A stretch of 64,000 nt of DNA from Methanomassiliicoccaceae archaeon (GCA_040776945.1 JAXGZN010000002.1:544001-608000); one strand, 5' to 3'; shown: positions 1-9,632, counted from the stretch's first letter. Translations and numbers: made by a program. Notes: generated from the sequence alone by a model not told the origin.

Positions 1-174
1 ATAAGGCCGAGGAGGTCCCCGATGCTCGCCATGTCGTGTTGGGAACTGCCTGCCCGTAGTTATATCTATTCGGCCACATTCAACCTGCCAGGACCATCTT
101 GCCATGGCCTTGCGGGGGCAAGTGGGTCAAAAGAGGTAAAATATGGTCCGCGGCATCTCCCGGGCGGTGCTCAA

Positions 175-1206
175 TTGATCGACACGGTCGTCCTGGTGGC
201 CGCGGTGGTGGCGGTGACGCTTTTCTTTGCCTTCACCAATGGCTTCCAGGATGCCAGCGCAACCGTCGCCACGATGATAGCTTGCCATGCGATAACCCCA
301 CGGGCCGGGGTGATGTATTCGGCCCTGTTCAGCTTTCTGGGGGCCATGCTTGGAGGGAGCGCGGTCGCCTTCACCACCGAGACGCTGGTGAGCGTAAGCG
401 ATGCCCAGCTCATGGTCCACGTGCTTCTGACCGCTACCTTGGCTGCTGCCGGATGGAACATAATAACCTGGTGGTTCGGTCTTCCATCATCATCTACCCA
501 TGCGCTCGTTGGCGGCCTGATCGGCAGCGGCATGGCCGGGGCAGGGAGAGGGAGCGTGGATTGGGGGCTGTCCGAGCTCATGGGCGGAGAATTGACCGGC
601 ATCGCCAAGGTCCTGATGTTCTTGGTCATTTCGGTCGGCATCGGCTTTATCAGCGGCCTCCTGGTAAAGAGGTTCAGCATGATATCGCTCCGCAATTCAA
701 AGCGGACCGTCAACGGGACCATACGGCACGCTCAGTATCTCACCACCGCTGTTCTGGCCTTTGCGCGCGGGGCCAACGATGGCCAGAAACAGATGGGAAT
801 AATCGCTATCGCCTTGGCCACTGGAGGCCTCATCACGATGCATCAGATCCCGATATGGGTTCGGGGAGCGGTTGCGATCGCGATCTCCGCAGGCACTATA
901 GGCGGGGGATGGAAGATAATGAGGACCTTGGGGCGGAAGATATATCCCATCAAACCCATCGATGCTCTCAGTTCACAGATCGCTTCTTCGAGTTCCATAG
1001 TGCTCTCGACCCTCGCGGGGGCCCCGGTCTCCTCGACCCAGGTGGTCGCCTCAAGCGTTATGGGGGTGGGGGCCGGCGAGCGGGTGAAGATGGTCCAATG
1101 GGCCGTCGGAAAGCATATCGTCATCTCTTGGATGCTTACGATACCTGCGTCAGCGCTCCTCTCGGCACTCTTGTTTAATATCCTCGCATATCTCTCAACG
1201 GTCTGA
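175..1206 (+). CDS. PiT-family inorganic phosphate transporter
   Basis: Hydrophobic protein with PiT motifs TNGFQDASATVAT, GLPSSSTHALVG, GANDGQK and PVSSTQ. TTG at 175 after GGCGGTG is preferred over the ORF-track start at 22. Confidence 0.92.
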   Translation: MIDTVVLVAAVVAVTLFFAFTNGFQDASATVATMIACHAITPRAGVMYSALFSFLGAMLGGSAVAFTTETLVSVSDAQLMVHVLLTATLAAAGWNIITWWFGLPSSSTHALVGGLIGSGMAGAGRGSVDWGLSELMGGELTGIAKVLMFLVISVGIGFISGLLVKRFSMISLRNSKRTVNGTIRHAQYLTTAVLAFARGANDGQKQMGIIAIALATGGLITMHQIPIWVRGAVAIAISAGTIGGGWKIMRTLGRKIYPIKPIDALSSQIASSSSIVLSTLAGAPVSSTQVVASSVMGVGAGERVKMVQWAVGKHIVISWMLTIPASALLSALLFNILAYLSTV

Positions 1207-1217
1207 GGGGCCTTAGC

Positions 1218-1862
1218 ATGGATGAAGAATGGAGAAAAGGTAAAGGAGGGCTGCTGGACTCCATATTTCCCAAGAAGTATGATTTCCACGGAATGTTATA
1301 CAGCCAGGCCTCGCTGACCGAGGCAGGGGTGGATGCCCTCAACGAATGGCTGATGCACGGGGACATCACCATGGAGCCGAGCGAGGTCAGGGACATCGAG
1401 CAGCGGGCCGACGATGCCCGAAGGTACATGGAGGGACTGCTGCTCGAGGCCTTTTCCACCCCCTTCGACCGGCAGGACATCTATTCCTTCTCCAGACAGA
1501 TCGACAACATCTTGAACTTCTGCCTAAGCACCGCTCTCGAGATGAGGGCGTTCGGGGTAAGGCCCGACGGCCCGATCATGACCATGACGGCGGCCCTTCA
1601 GCGTGGAACGGAGATGGTCAAGGATGCGGTCCTGATCTTGCCCAAGGACCCCGCCAGAGCACAGGCCATGATAAGAGATATGAGAAGGAAGGTAAGCGAT
1701 ATCGAGAGGACCTATGTCTCTGGGCTCGCTGTCCTTTTCTCTGCAGGCGAGCCGATCGAGGTGATGAAGAAGCGTGAGGTCTACCACCATCTGAAGGACG
1801 CCGGCCGAGCGCTGAGCATCACCATCGATATCCTGCACCGCATAATAGTGGAGCAGGGCTAG
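1218..1862 (+). CDS. DUF47/PhoU-like phosphate transport regulator
   Basis: EQRADDARR and FSTPFDRQDI motifs; standard partner gene of PiT. Confidence 0.88.
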   Translation: MDEEWRKGKGGLLDSIFPKKYDFHGMLYSQASLTEAGVDALNEWLMHGDITMEPSEVRDIEQRADDARRYMEGLLLEAFSTPFDRQDIYSFSRQIDNILNFCLSTALEMRAFGVRPDGPIMTMTAALQRGTEMVKDAVLILPKDPARAQAMIRDMRRKVSDIERTYVSGLAVLFSAGEPIEVMKKREVYHHLKDAGRALSITIDILHRIIVEQG

Positions 1863-2023
1863 GCCAGCCATTCGGCCTTCCGGGGCCAGGACCGCGTTTC
1901 GAAAAGTGATAATCGCTCGATCAATAACGAATAGCCAGCATCGGACCGGGCCTGGTTCGCATTTCAAGAATCAATATATAGGTGAATCCTAATTTAGCCC
2001 CAAAACCTGAAGAGGTTCTGATT

Positions 2024-4207
2024 ATGGCTATTGAAATCGACGCCTGGGTATATCTGATACCAGTTGCTGGCGTAATTGGCCTTTTAGTCGCGCTCCTCCT
2101 GACCCGTACGATATTCAGGAAGGACCAGGGCACCCCCGACATGCAAGCCATCGGAGATGCCATTCGCGAAGGGGCCATGGCCTATTTGGCCCGCCAGTAT
2201 AAAACGATCGCGATCATCAGCGTGATATTAGGAATTATCATCGCTATCGGGCTAAGGTACGAGGTCGGCATCGCCTTCCTTCTTGGAGCCTTCTTCTCCG
2301 CCCTGTCCGGCTACATCGGCATGTACGTGTCGGTGAAGAGCAACATACGGACCGCAAGCGCGGCGAGGAGGACCCTGAACGAAGCGCTCCAGATCTCTTT
2401 CCGCGGCGGCGCCGTATCCGGCATCGCCGTCGTTGCCCTCAGCCTTCTGGGCGTAGCGGGCATCTTCTTCGTGTACCTGTTCTACATAGTTGCTGAGCCG
2501 ACCTCTGCCCCGATCGGGTACAACCTGGAGTCCTGGCACGTCGTGGAGACCTTGAACCTGGCAGTGGGCTATGCCTTCGGCGCGTCCTTCGCGGCCCTGT
2601 TCGCCCAACTGGGCGGCGGTATCTACACGAAGGCCGCCGATGTGGGCGCTGACCTTGTGGGCAAGGTCGAGGCCGGTATACCCGAGGACGACCCCCGGAA
2701 CCCCGCGGTCATCGCTGATCTGGTCGGGGACAATGTCGGCGACTGCGCTGGACGTGGCGCCGACCTGTTCGAGTCAACGGCGGCCGAGAACATCGGCGCC
2801 ATGATCCTGGGCGCCGCCATCTTCGGGCTCACTGGCAACATAGACTGGGTGTTCTTCCCCCTCGTCGTCCGTGCCTTCGGCCTGCTCGCCTCCCTCATCG
2901 GCATCATGCTGGTCAAGCTGAAGAGCGAGGATGAGGAGCCGATGAAGGCCTTGAACCGCGGATACTATGTGTCGGCCATACTCGGTGCGATAGGCTTCTA
3001 CTTCATCTCCCAGGAGATGCTCGGCGCGTGGCAGTTCTTCGCCTGCGGCATCATCGGCATCGTCCTGTCGATAGCCATAGTGTACATCACCCAGTACTAT
3101 ACCGCGGGTGAGTACAGGCCCGTGCGGGAGATAGCCAAGGCGTCAGAGACCGGCCCGGCCACTAACATAATCACTGGTTTCTCCATCGGTCTGGAGACCA
3201 CTGCGATGCCCATCATCGCCATAGCGCTCTCCCTGCTGGCCGCTTATTTCCTTGGACAGGATGCCGTGCACACCGTCATGCCTGCGAGCGCTGTTGATGA
3301 CAACGCCATGTTCATCTTCGGCCTGTTCGGCACCGCCGTCGCCACCATGGGCATGCTGGCCACCGCCGCGTTCGTTCTGGCGATGGACACCTTCGGGCCC
3401 ATAACCGACAATGCGGGCGGCATCTGCGAGATGTCCCAGCAGCCTGAGGAGATACGCGAGCGGACCGACCGCCTTGACGCTGTCGGCAACACCACCAAGG
3501 CGCTTACAAAGGGTTACGCCATGGGCTCCGCGGCGCTGGCGGCCTATCTGCTGTTCGCCGCTTACTTCCAGGAGATAGCCACAAAGCTTAACCAGCCCCT
3601 CCTTGATGTCTTCAAGGTCGACATCGCCCAGCCGCCGGTGTTCGTCGCCGCTCTGATCGGTGCCATGCTGGTCTTCCTGTTCTCCTCCCTGGCCATACGT
3701 GCGGTGGGCAAGGCCGCCTATGACATGATCAACGAGGTCAGAAGGCAGTTCAGAGAGAAGCCGGGCATACTGGCGGGAACGGACAAGCCCGATTACGCGC
3801 AGTGCGTCGACATCTCGACCAAGGGCGCCCTCAAGGCCATGATCCTGCCGGCGCTGCTGCCGGTCCTGGTGCCCATAGCGCTCGGTCTGATCTGGCGCTA
3901 TGCATACCCCGACGCGGTCAACCAGATCGCGGCCCAGTCGGTCGGCGCGTTCCTGATGGTCGCGACCATCGCCGGTATCCTGATGGCCACCGTGCTCAAC
4001 AACGGGGGCGGCGCATGGGACAACGCCAAGAAGTACATCGAGACCGGGCACCACGGCGGGAAGAAGAGCCCTGCTCACGCCGCCGCGGTCGTCGGGGACA
4101 CCGTCGGAGATCCGTTCAAGGACACCGCCGGTCCGTCCCTTCACGTGCTGGTGAAGCTTCTCTCCACCATCACCCTGGTCTTCGCCGGGCTGTTCATCGT
4201 CATGTAG
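2024..4207 (+). CDS. hppA: Membrane-bound H+-translocating pyrophosphatase, K+-independent signature
   Basis: GGGIYTKAADVGADLVGKVEAGIPEDDPRNPAVIADLVGDNVGD and GDTVGDPFKD motifs. GNTTKA has Lys at the K+-dependence position. Confidence 0.97.
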   Translation: MAIEIDAWVYLIPVAGVIGLLVALLLTRTIFRKDQGTPDMQAIGDAIREGAMAYLARQYKTIAIISVILGIIIAIGLRYEVGIAFLLGAFFSALSGYIGMYVSVKSNIRTASAARRTLNEALQISFRGGAVSGIAVVALSLLGVAGIFFVYLFYIVAEPTSAPIGYNLESWHVVETLNLAVGYAFGASFAALFAQLGGGIYTKAADVGADLVGKVEAGIPEDDPRNPAVIADLVGDNVGDCAGRGADLFESTAAENIGAMILGAAIFGLTGNIDWVFFPLVVRAFGLLASLIGIMLVKLKSEDEEPMKALNRGYYVSAILGAIGFYFISQEMLGAWQFFACGIIGIVLSIAIVYITQYYTAGEYRPVREIAKASETGPATNIITGFSIGLETTAMPIIAIALSLLAAYFLGQDAVHTVMPASAVDDNAMFIFGLFGTAVATMGMLATAAFVLAMDTFGPITDNAGGICEMSQQPEEIRERTDRLDAVGNTTKALTKGYAMGSAALAAYLLFAAYFQEIATKLNQPLLDVFKVDIAQPPVFVAALIGAMLVFLFSSLAIRAVGKAAYDMINEVRRQFREKPGILAGTDKPDYAQCVDISTKGALKAMILPALLPVLVPIALGLIWRYAYPDAVNQIAAQSVGAFLMVATIAGILMATVLNNGGGAWDNAKKYIETGHHGGKKSPAHAAAVVGDTVGDPFKDTAGPSLHVLVKLLSTITLVFAGLFIVM

Positions 4208-4223
4208 GCGATGGATGCCAAAC

Positions 4224-4257
4224 TCTTTCCCTTTTCATTTCATCCAGCATCTTTTTG
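4224..4257 (+). terminator. U-rich archaeal-type terminator after hppA
   Basis: Pyrimidine/T tracts CTCTTTCCCTTTTCATTT...CTTTTTT just after the stop codon. Confidence 0.5.
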
Positions 4258-4327
4258 ATATATATCGAGAAACCTCAGCTTTATATATGAGTTGACTTAT
4301 CCCACAATCATCGTTCGAGGCCACGCT

Positions 4328-4894
4328 ATGTATCTATTGACAACGAAGGAGAAGGTCGTCCGCATTCCGCCGGAGCGTTTGGGCGAGGACCTCACTGACG
4401 TTATTAATCAATTGAGCTGGGAGTCCTTCGAGGGCAAGATCGAGGGCTCCGACTCGCTAACTCTGTTGGTTTCCCACGTCGAACCGGTAGGCCAGGGACG
4501 CATCGTCCATGGTGACGGCGCCATCTATCAAAAGGTCAAGTTCGATAGTCTCGTCTTCCGCCCGCAGCTGCAGGAGATTATTGAGGGGACCGTCGTAGAG
4601 GTGCTGAAGTTCGGCGCTTTTGTAAGGTTCGGCCCGCTTGACGGACTCCTTCACATCAGCCAGATAATGGATGACCGCATCGATATCGACGCTGACAACG
4701 GCAGGCTCCTTGGAAAGGACACCAAGCGCGATCTGAAGATCGGCGACAAGGTGCGTGCCCGCATAGTTGCCCTAAGCCTCAATGAGAGGAGCCCCCGAGA
4801 GTCCAAGATCGGCCTCACGATGAGGCAGCCCGGTCTCGGCAAGATCGAATGGATCGAAGAAGAAAGGAAGAAGACTAGCGGAGGCGCCACATGA
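4328..4894 (+). CDS. rpoE1: RNA polymerase subunit Rpo7 (E')
   Basis: VRIPP, GRIVHGDGA and S1-domain FGAFVRFGPLDGLLHISQI; ends KIGLTMRQPGLGK. TATA-like TTTATATA near 4280. Confidence 0.97.
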   Translation: MYLLTTKEKVVRIPPERLGEDLTDVINQLSWESFEGKIEGSDSLTLLVSHVEPVGQGRIVHGDGAIYQKVKFDSLVFRPQLQEIIEGTVVEVLKFGAFVRFGPLDGLLHISQIMDDRIDIDADNGRLLGKDTKRDLKIGDKVRARIVALSLNERSPRESKIGLTMRQPGLGKIEWIEEERKKTSGGAT

Positions 4895-5076
4895 AGCTCC
4901 AGAAGGCGTGCAAGCATTGCAGCTTTATCAGCGAGGGGGATACCTGCCCCCTTTGCAGCAATCCCACTTCCAGGGACTGGCAGGGCTACGTCATAATCGT
5001 GGACCATACCCGGTCGGAGATCGCGAAGCGGATGGGGATAAATGTCAACGGAAAGTTCGCCCTCAAGGTACGCTGA
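4891..5076 (+). CDS. spt4: Transcription elongation factor Spt4 (RpoE'')
   Basis: CxxC...CPxC Zn ribbon, WQGYVIIVD, SEIAKRMGI and GKFALKVR; ATGA overlap with rpoE1. Confidence 0.96.
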   Translation: MKLQKACKHCSFISEGDTCPLCSNPTSRDWQGYVIIVDHTRSEIAKRMGINVNGKFALKVR

Positions 5077-5599
5077 ACTGCGGTGCCCCCGCAGAGGTTG
5101 GCGGTTACCTGAGAGCATGAGGGAGCAGCTTGCCGCCGGTCTTGGTAAGATGATCTCGTTAGCGGACCTGATCGCCGAGCATAAGGCATGCCGTTCCCTC
5201 ATAGCCGTAGGCGACATGGTATCGTTCACTCTGCTGGACAGCGGCATCGAACCGGACCTCGTCATCTATGACCTCAAGACCGAGCGCAGGCCGTACACCT
5301 CTCTTGCGGCCAAGCTCGCTCAGATGAAAGGGATAGATGCCAAGGTCGAGAACCCGGCAGGGCAGATAACGAACGAGCTGGTGCGGGAGATCGCATCGGC
5401 ACTTGAAAGGAACGTTCCAACGAAGCTCTTTGTCGAGGGCGAGGAGGACCTGGCAGCGCTGGCCTGCGTGGCCATGGCCCCTCTGGGCTCTTGCCTGGTA
5501 TATGGCGTGCCCGGAAAGGGCATGGCCATGATCAGGGTCGATCAAGAGGCCGTACGCCAGGCCAGATCTATGATAGACTCTATGGAGGAATTGAACTGA
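5042..5599 (+). CDS. GTP-dependent dephospho-CoA kinase (DUF359)
   Basis: AVGD, DLKTER, VENPAGQIT, VEGEEDLA and YGVPGKG motifs; conserved position between spt4 and rps24e. Start is uncertain (ATG 5042 or CTG 5078). Confidence 0.9.
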   Translation: MSTESSPSRYAELRCPRRGWRLPESMREQLAAGLGKMISLADLIAEHKACRSLIAVGDMVSFTLLDSGIEPDLVIYDLKTERRPYTSLAAKLAQMKGIDAKVENPAGQITNELVREIASALERNVPTKLFVEGEEDLAALACVAMAPLGSCLVYGVPGKGMAMIRVDQEAVRQARSMIDSMEELN

Positions 5600-5925
5600 A
5601 GCTAGATATCGTCAGCAAGTACGAGAACAAGACCATGGACAGGTTCGAGGTCAAGTTCAGGACCGAGCATGCCGGAGAGGCGTCTCCAAACCGCGACGCC
5701 GTGCGCACCGCTCTGGCCGGGGCCATGGGAGTACAGAAGGAAAGGATCGTCGTCCACAGCATGGCCTCGGAGTACGGCACCGGCGCCAGCGGCGGGGAGG
5801 CCAACATATACAGCTCCGCCGAGAGCGCAAAGAAGCATGAGAAGAACTATATCCTGGTCCGCAACGGCCTGGCCGAGAAGAAGGCCAAGAAGCCTAAGAC
5901 CGTGGCCACCAAGAAGTCGAGGTGA
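5596..5925 (+). CDS. rps24e: 30S ribosomal protein S24e (probable CTG start)
   Basis: KLDIVSKYENKTMDRFEV...SPNR...SEYG...IY matches eS24. GGAGGA at 5584-5589 precedes CTG 5596, which overlaps the upstream TGA. Confidence 0.92.
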   Translation: MKLDIVSKYENKTMDRFEVKFRTEHAGEASPNRDAVRTALAGAMGVQKERIVVHSMASEYGTGASGGEANIYSSAESAKKHEKNYILVRNGLAEKKAKKPKTVATKKSR

Positions 5926-5930
5926 TCTAG

Positions 5931-6179
5931 ATGGCGAAGGATGCTGGAGACAAGAAGTCCGACGGAAAGAAGGACGCCGGCAAGGGCGCGGCCAAGAAGG
6001 GCGGGGCAGCAAAGAGCGAATCCACGTCCAAGAAGGACAAGTATTCGGTGGAGGGCGGCAAGCTCGAGCGAAAGGGCAGGAACTGTCCGAAATGCGGCCC
6101 TGGAGTGTTCCTCGGAGAGCACAAGGACCGGAACTCCTGCGGCAAGTGCGGCTATACCGAGTTCAAGGCCAAGAAGTAA
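5931..6179 (+). CDS. rps27ae: 30S ribosomal protein S27ae (eS31)
   Basis: [27 protein letters not shown] zinc finger; follows rps24e. Confidence 0.97.
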   Translation: MAKDAGDKKSDGKKDAGKGAAKKGGAAKSESTSKKDKYSVEGGKLERKGRNCPKCGPGVFLGEHKDRNSCGKCGYTEFKAKK

Positions 6180-6261
6180 CCCTTTCCAATATTTTCCAAA
6201 TCCCTTATCTTTTCCCGACCGACCGGCAACCTAAATACTGGCAAGATATCGGCGGTAATGA

Positions 6262-7083
6262 ATGCGTTGCGGCTTCATTGGCTATGGGAACATGGGGAGC
6301 GCGTTGGTCAAGGCCCTAATAAGGGACGGCTCGCTCCAAGAGCGGGATGTCGTGGTCCACAATCGTACACCTGAGCGACTGGCTGACCTGGTCCGGGAGC
6401 ATCCCAGGGTTCGGGTCGCAGACTCGCTGTCCAGCATAGCCGGGAACGTCGATGTGCTGTTCATCTGCGTCCACAGCACGGCAGTGCCCGATGTTCTTTC
6501 TAAACTAGGAGGCGCCTTGCATCCGGAGACTCACCTGATCACCATCAATGGTGGGGTGAACATAGCGGACCTGGAGGCGGTGCACGGGGGTCCAGTGAGC
6601 AAGGTCATACCTTCGATCACCATCGGGACCGGCCGGGGGATCGCTCTGATGTCCCATGGAAAGAAGGTCAGCAGGTCCAAGGCCGAGGCGCTCGAGATGC
6701 TCCTTTCCCGCTCCAGCAAGGTCATGGTGCTCCCGGAGGAAAAGATCGGTGCGGCCACTGATATGACCAGCTGTGGCCCGGGCCTAATGGCGTCGATGAT
6801 CTCTCATTTCGCGAGCTCCGGCGCTAGGGCCGGAAGGCTCGATCCAAAGGAGGCCATGGCCTTGACCTTAGAGACGCTGATGGGCACCGCTCTCCTTCTC
6901 TCTGAGAAAGGGGAGACCCCGTCTGAGATCACCGGGCGGGTCGCTACCCCGGGCGGGATCACCGAGCATGGCCTGAAGGTCCTGAACGCAGAGCTGCCAG
7001 CGGTCCTCGACCGCATGTTCGAGGCCACAGGACGAAAGAGGGCGGAGGTCAAGGGCTCGCTTATGGGGGCGGGCCGCCGCTAG
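6262..7083 (+). CDS. proC: Pyrroline-5-carboxylate reductase
   Basis: GFIGYGNMG Rossmann motif, SCGPG and VATPGGITEHG. Confidence 0.9.
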   Translation: MRCGFIGYGNMGSALVKALIRDGSLQERDVVVHNRTPERLADLVREHPRVRVADSLSSIAGNVDVLFICVHSTAVPDVLSKLGGALHPETHLITINGGVNIADLEAVHGGPVSKVIPSITIGTGRGIALMSHGKKVSRSKAEALEMLLSRSSKVMVLPEEKIGAATDMTSCGPGLMASMISHFASSGARAGRLDPKEAMALTLETLMGTALLLSEKGETPSEITGRVATPGGITEHGLKVLNAELPAVLDRMFEATGRKRAEVKGSLMGAGRR

Positions 7084-7147
7084 GGCGCTCTGGAAGGGGC
7101 GTTCAAGCGAGAATATCTTTATTACCACCTTTTCCATCAGATAGCCG

Positions 7148-7243
7148 GGACTCGTAGTGTAGCTTGGATATCACTGAGGCCTCCGGTGGTCCTTTCAGGT
7201 CCAGGGAAAGCCTCGAACGGGGGTTCGAATCCCCCCGAGTCCG
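7148..7243 (+). tRNA. tRNA-Arg(CCG) with ~22-nt intron at position 37/38 (intron ~7187-7208)
   Basis: Acceptor stem GGACTCG/CGAGTCC, D-arm GTGTAGCTTGGATATCAC, anticodon stem GAGGC/GCCTC with CT-CCG-G, T-arm GGGGG-TTCGAAT-CCCCC. Upstream TATA-like CTTTATTA at 7117-7124. Confidence 0.93.
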
Positions 7244-7841
7244 CCTTTATTTGGGCGCTTTGCAGATCGTTAATGATAGGGGGTTTCTCGCAATACCTGG
7301 GTCATTTCTTAGCGAGAAGGCTCAGAGATCTCTTTCGGCCCTTCACCCTTGGCCATCGCCCCGAAAAATTGCATTATGGAAGAAAGGGAAAGGGCCGAGG
7401 GAGAAGGATGGCATTCGATTGTATTCAGGACCGGACCGATCTAATTTTCCATCATTTGAGCGCGATCGAGCCTTGCCCTCGCTATGGAACGGGGTCTGAC
7501 CGCGGCATTGGCTCTCCCGTTCCTGCCTATCCTTGACCAAAGGCGGCCCGTTCCGTGAGGTGTCTGGGCCGCGACGATCGGTGAACGAACGTCGATCATT
7601 ATCGCATCACCGATGGACAACGGACGGTTCGCAAGCCCGGGAGTGCCGACCATCTTCAGCCGGTGAAAATGAGGAGCGTTTCGCCTTGAGGTGGAGCAAG
7701 GCAAAGCCGATCAAGGCCTAAGCTCCCTATGACCAGGGAGGACGGTAGCGGGACAGACGGCCCCTGTGTTGTTCCCTGACAAGTACCGCCCACGGACAGC
7801 AGTATGCTTTATCTGACCCCCGGTCGTTGTCGGCCCCGACA

Positions 7842-8765
7842 ATGACTCCCTCTATCGTGGCGGACGGCCTCACCAAGAAGTTCGGTGACCTTCTCGCCGT
7901 GGACAACATCTCCTTTTCGGTCGAGAAGGGCGAGTTCTTCGGCCTCCTCGGTCCCAACGGGGCAGGGAAGACCACGACCATACGCATTCTCACTGGCGTG
8001 CTGAAGCCAGAGGCCGGCAAAGTTACGATCGACGGCATAGATCTGAGGAAGGACCCCCTGATTGCCAAAGAGAGGATGGGAGTGATCCCCGAGGTCGGAA
8101 CAGTATATCCAGATATTACCGCCCGGGAGAACCTGGAGCTCTTCGGACGCTTCTATGGACTTTCAAGGAGATCAAGGGAGGATAGAGCGGACCAGATGCT
8201 CAAAGACCTCGGGCTCCATGACCGGGCCGATAGTCCGGTGAAAGGCTTCTCCAAGGGGATGAAGCAGAGGATAAGCATCGGATGCGCCATGGTCCATGAG
8301 CCATCGGTCCTGTTCCTGGACGAGCCGACCGAGGGCTTGGACGTCCAGAGCCGAAGGCTGATAGTGGACAAGGTCAAGGCCATGAACGCCAAGGGCTGCA
8401 CCGTGGTCCTCACGACCCACAACATAGAGGACGCCAGCCGCCTGTGCCAGAGGGTCTGCATCATCAATAAGGGTAAGATCATCGCCATAGATACGCCGGA
8501 GCACCTGAGGTCGGCCTATGAGCGGACAAGGTCGATCGAGGTCTCGTTCGATCGCAAGGTGGACTGTTCCCTCTTCTCAGCGAGATGCGTGACCAAGGCA
8601 GAGGAGTACGGCGACAAGCTTAGGATCCACACCTCTAACGTGGACGAGGCCATCGGAGAGATAATGAGGATCAAGGAGGAGCATGGACTGAACATCATAT
8701 CCATGTCCACGCTCGGGCCGAGCCTGGAGGATGTTTTCGTTAAGCTCACGGAGGAGGCCAAATGA
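7842..8765 (+). CDS. ABC-2 (DrrA-like) exporter ATP-binding subunit
   Basis: Walker A GPNGAGKTT, signature FSKGMKQR and Walker B LFLDEPT. ATG 7842 is preferred given TATA-like CTTTATCT near 7807. Confidence 0.93.
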   Translation: MTPSIVADGLTKKFGDLLAVDNISFSVEKGEFFGLLGPNGAGKTTTIRILTGVLKPEAGKVTIDGIDLRKDPLIAKERMGVIPEVGTVYPDITARENLELFGRFYGLSRRSREDRADQMLKDLGLHDRADSPVKGFSKGMKQRISIGCAMVHEPSVLFLDEPTEGLDVQSRRLIVDKVKAMNAKGCTVVLTTHNIEDASRLCQRVCIINKGKIIAIDTPEHLRSAYERTRSIEVSFDRKVDCSLFSARCVTKAEEYGDKLRIHTSNVDEAIGEIMRIKEEHGLNIISMSTLGPSLEDVFVKLTEEAK

Positions 8766-9514
8766 GGTATTCGATATTCCTGCGGGGGGCCGTGGCCACC
8801 GCTCGCAAGGACATCAGGATCTATTACCGCAAGGCGCCGGTTTTCATCTTCGGACTCATTCTTCCGACCTTTCTGTTCTTCGCTTTCTTCGTCGGCCGCC
8901 AACTGAACATCGCCCAGTACTTCCCCGGCTTCCTGGCCATGACCATATTCTTCACCGCCTCCTCGGTCGGGCCGCTGATAATACCATGGGAGAAGCAGGC
9001 AGGCACCTTCGAAAGATTGCTGACCCTGCCGGTCAGCATACCGACCATCGTGCTCGGCGACACTATGGCGGGGATGCTGTTCGGGATAATGATAAGCCTC
9101 ATCGTCATGCTCTTTGGCGGGGCGATCCTGGCAATATCGATGCCGCTGGCCTCCATCGCGGTCTTGCTGGTCCTTTTTCTACTGGGCAACCTCTGTTTCG
9201 CCTCTCTAGGCGTGCTGCTTTCCGCTCCGGCAGGCAGGGTACCATCCAACGTGATGATGCTGTCGTCGCTGGTCAGGTTCCCCCTGATATTCATATCTGG
9301 GATCTTCACGCCCCTGACCGAGCTCACTGGGGCCGCCCGGACCATCAGCATGTTCTCTCCCCTGACCTATCTCTCGGACGGGCTCAACGCGGCCATGTCT
9401 CAGCCGTCGGTGATGCCCGTGCTCGTCGATATGGCGGTGCTGGTCTTTTTCACGGCGGTGTTCCTGGTGGCCGCAAGCGTGGTGCTGGAGAGGAAGGCCT
9501 TGAAGGGGCTGTGA
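8762..9514 (+). CDS. ABC-2 exporter permease
   Basis: About 6 TM segments; EKQAGTFERLLTLPV, FISGIFTP and SPLTY motifs; ATGA coupling to the ATPase. Confidence 0.92.
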   Translation: MRYSIFLRGAVATARKDIRIYYRKAPVFIFGLILPTFLFFAFFVGRQLNIAQYFPGFLAMTIFFTASSVGPLIIPWEKQAGTFERLLTLPVSIPTIVLGDTMAGMLFGIMISLIVMLFGGAILAISMPLASIAVLLVLFLLGNLCFASLGVLLSAPAGRVPSNVMMLSSLVRFPLIFISGIFTPLTELTGAARTISMFSPLTYLSDGLNAAMSQPSVMPVLVDMAVLVFFTAVFLVAASVVLERKALKGL

Positions 9515-9632
9515 ATCGTTCCCCCGGACCGCTACCGCTTCAGGGTCTTGGCGACCCTGCCTTCCAAAGGGTCTAATGAGGTCTACTGGCACGTTCAGAT
9601 GGTCCGGACGGACATCACAGGGCAACGGGGTT

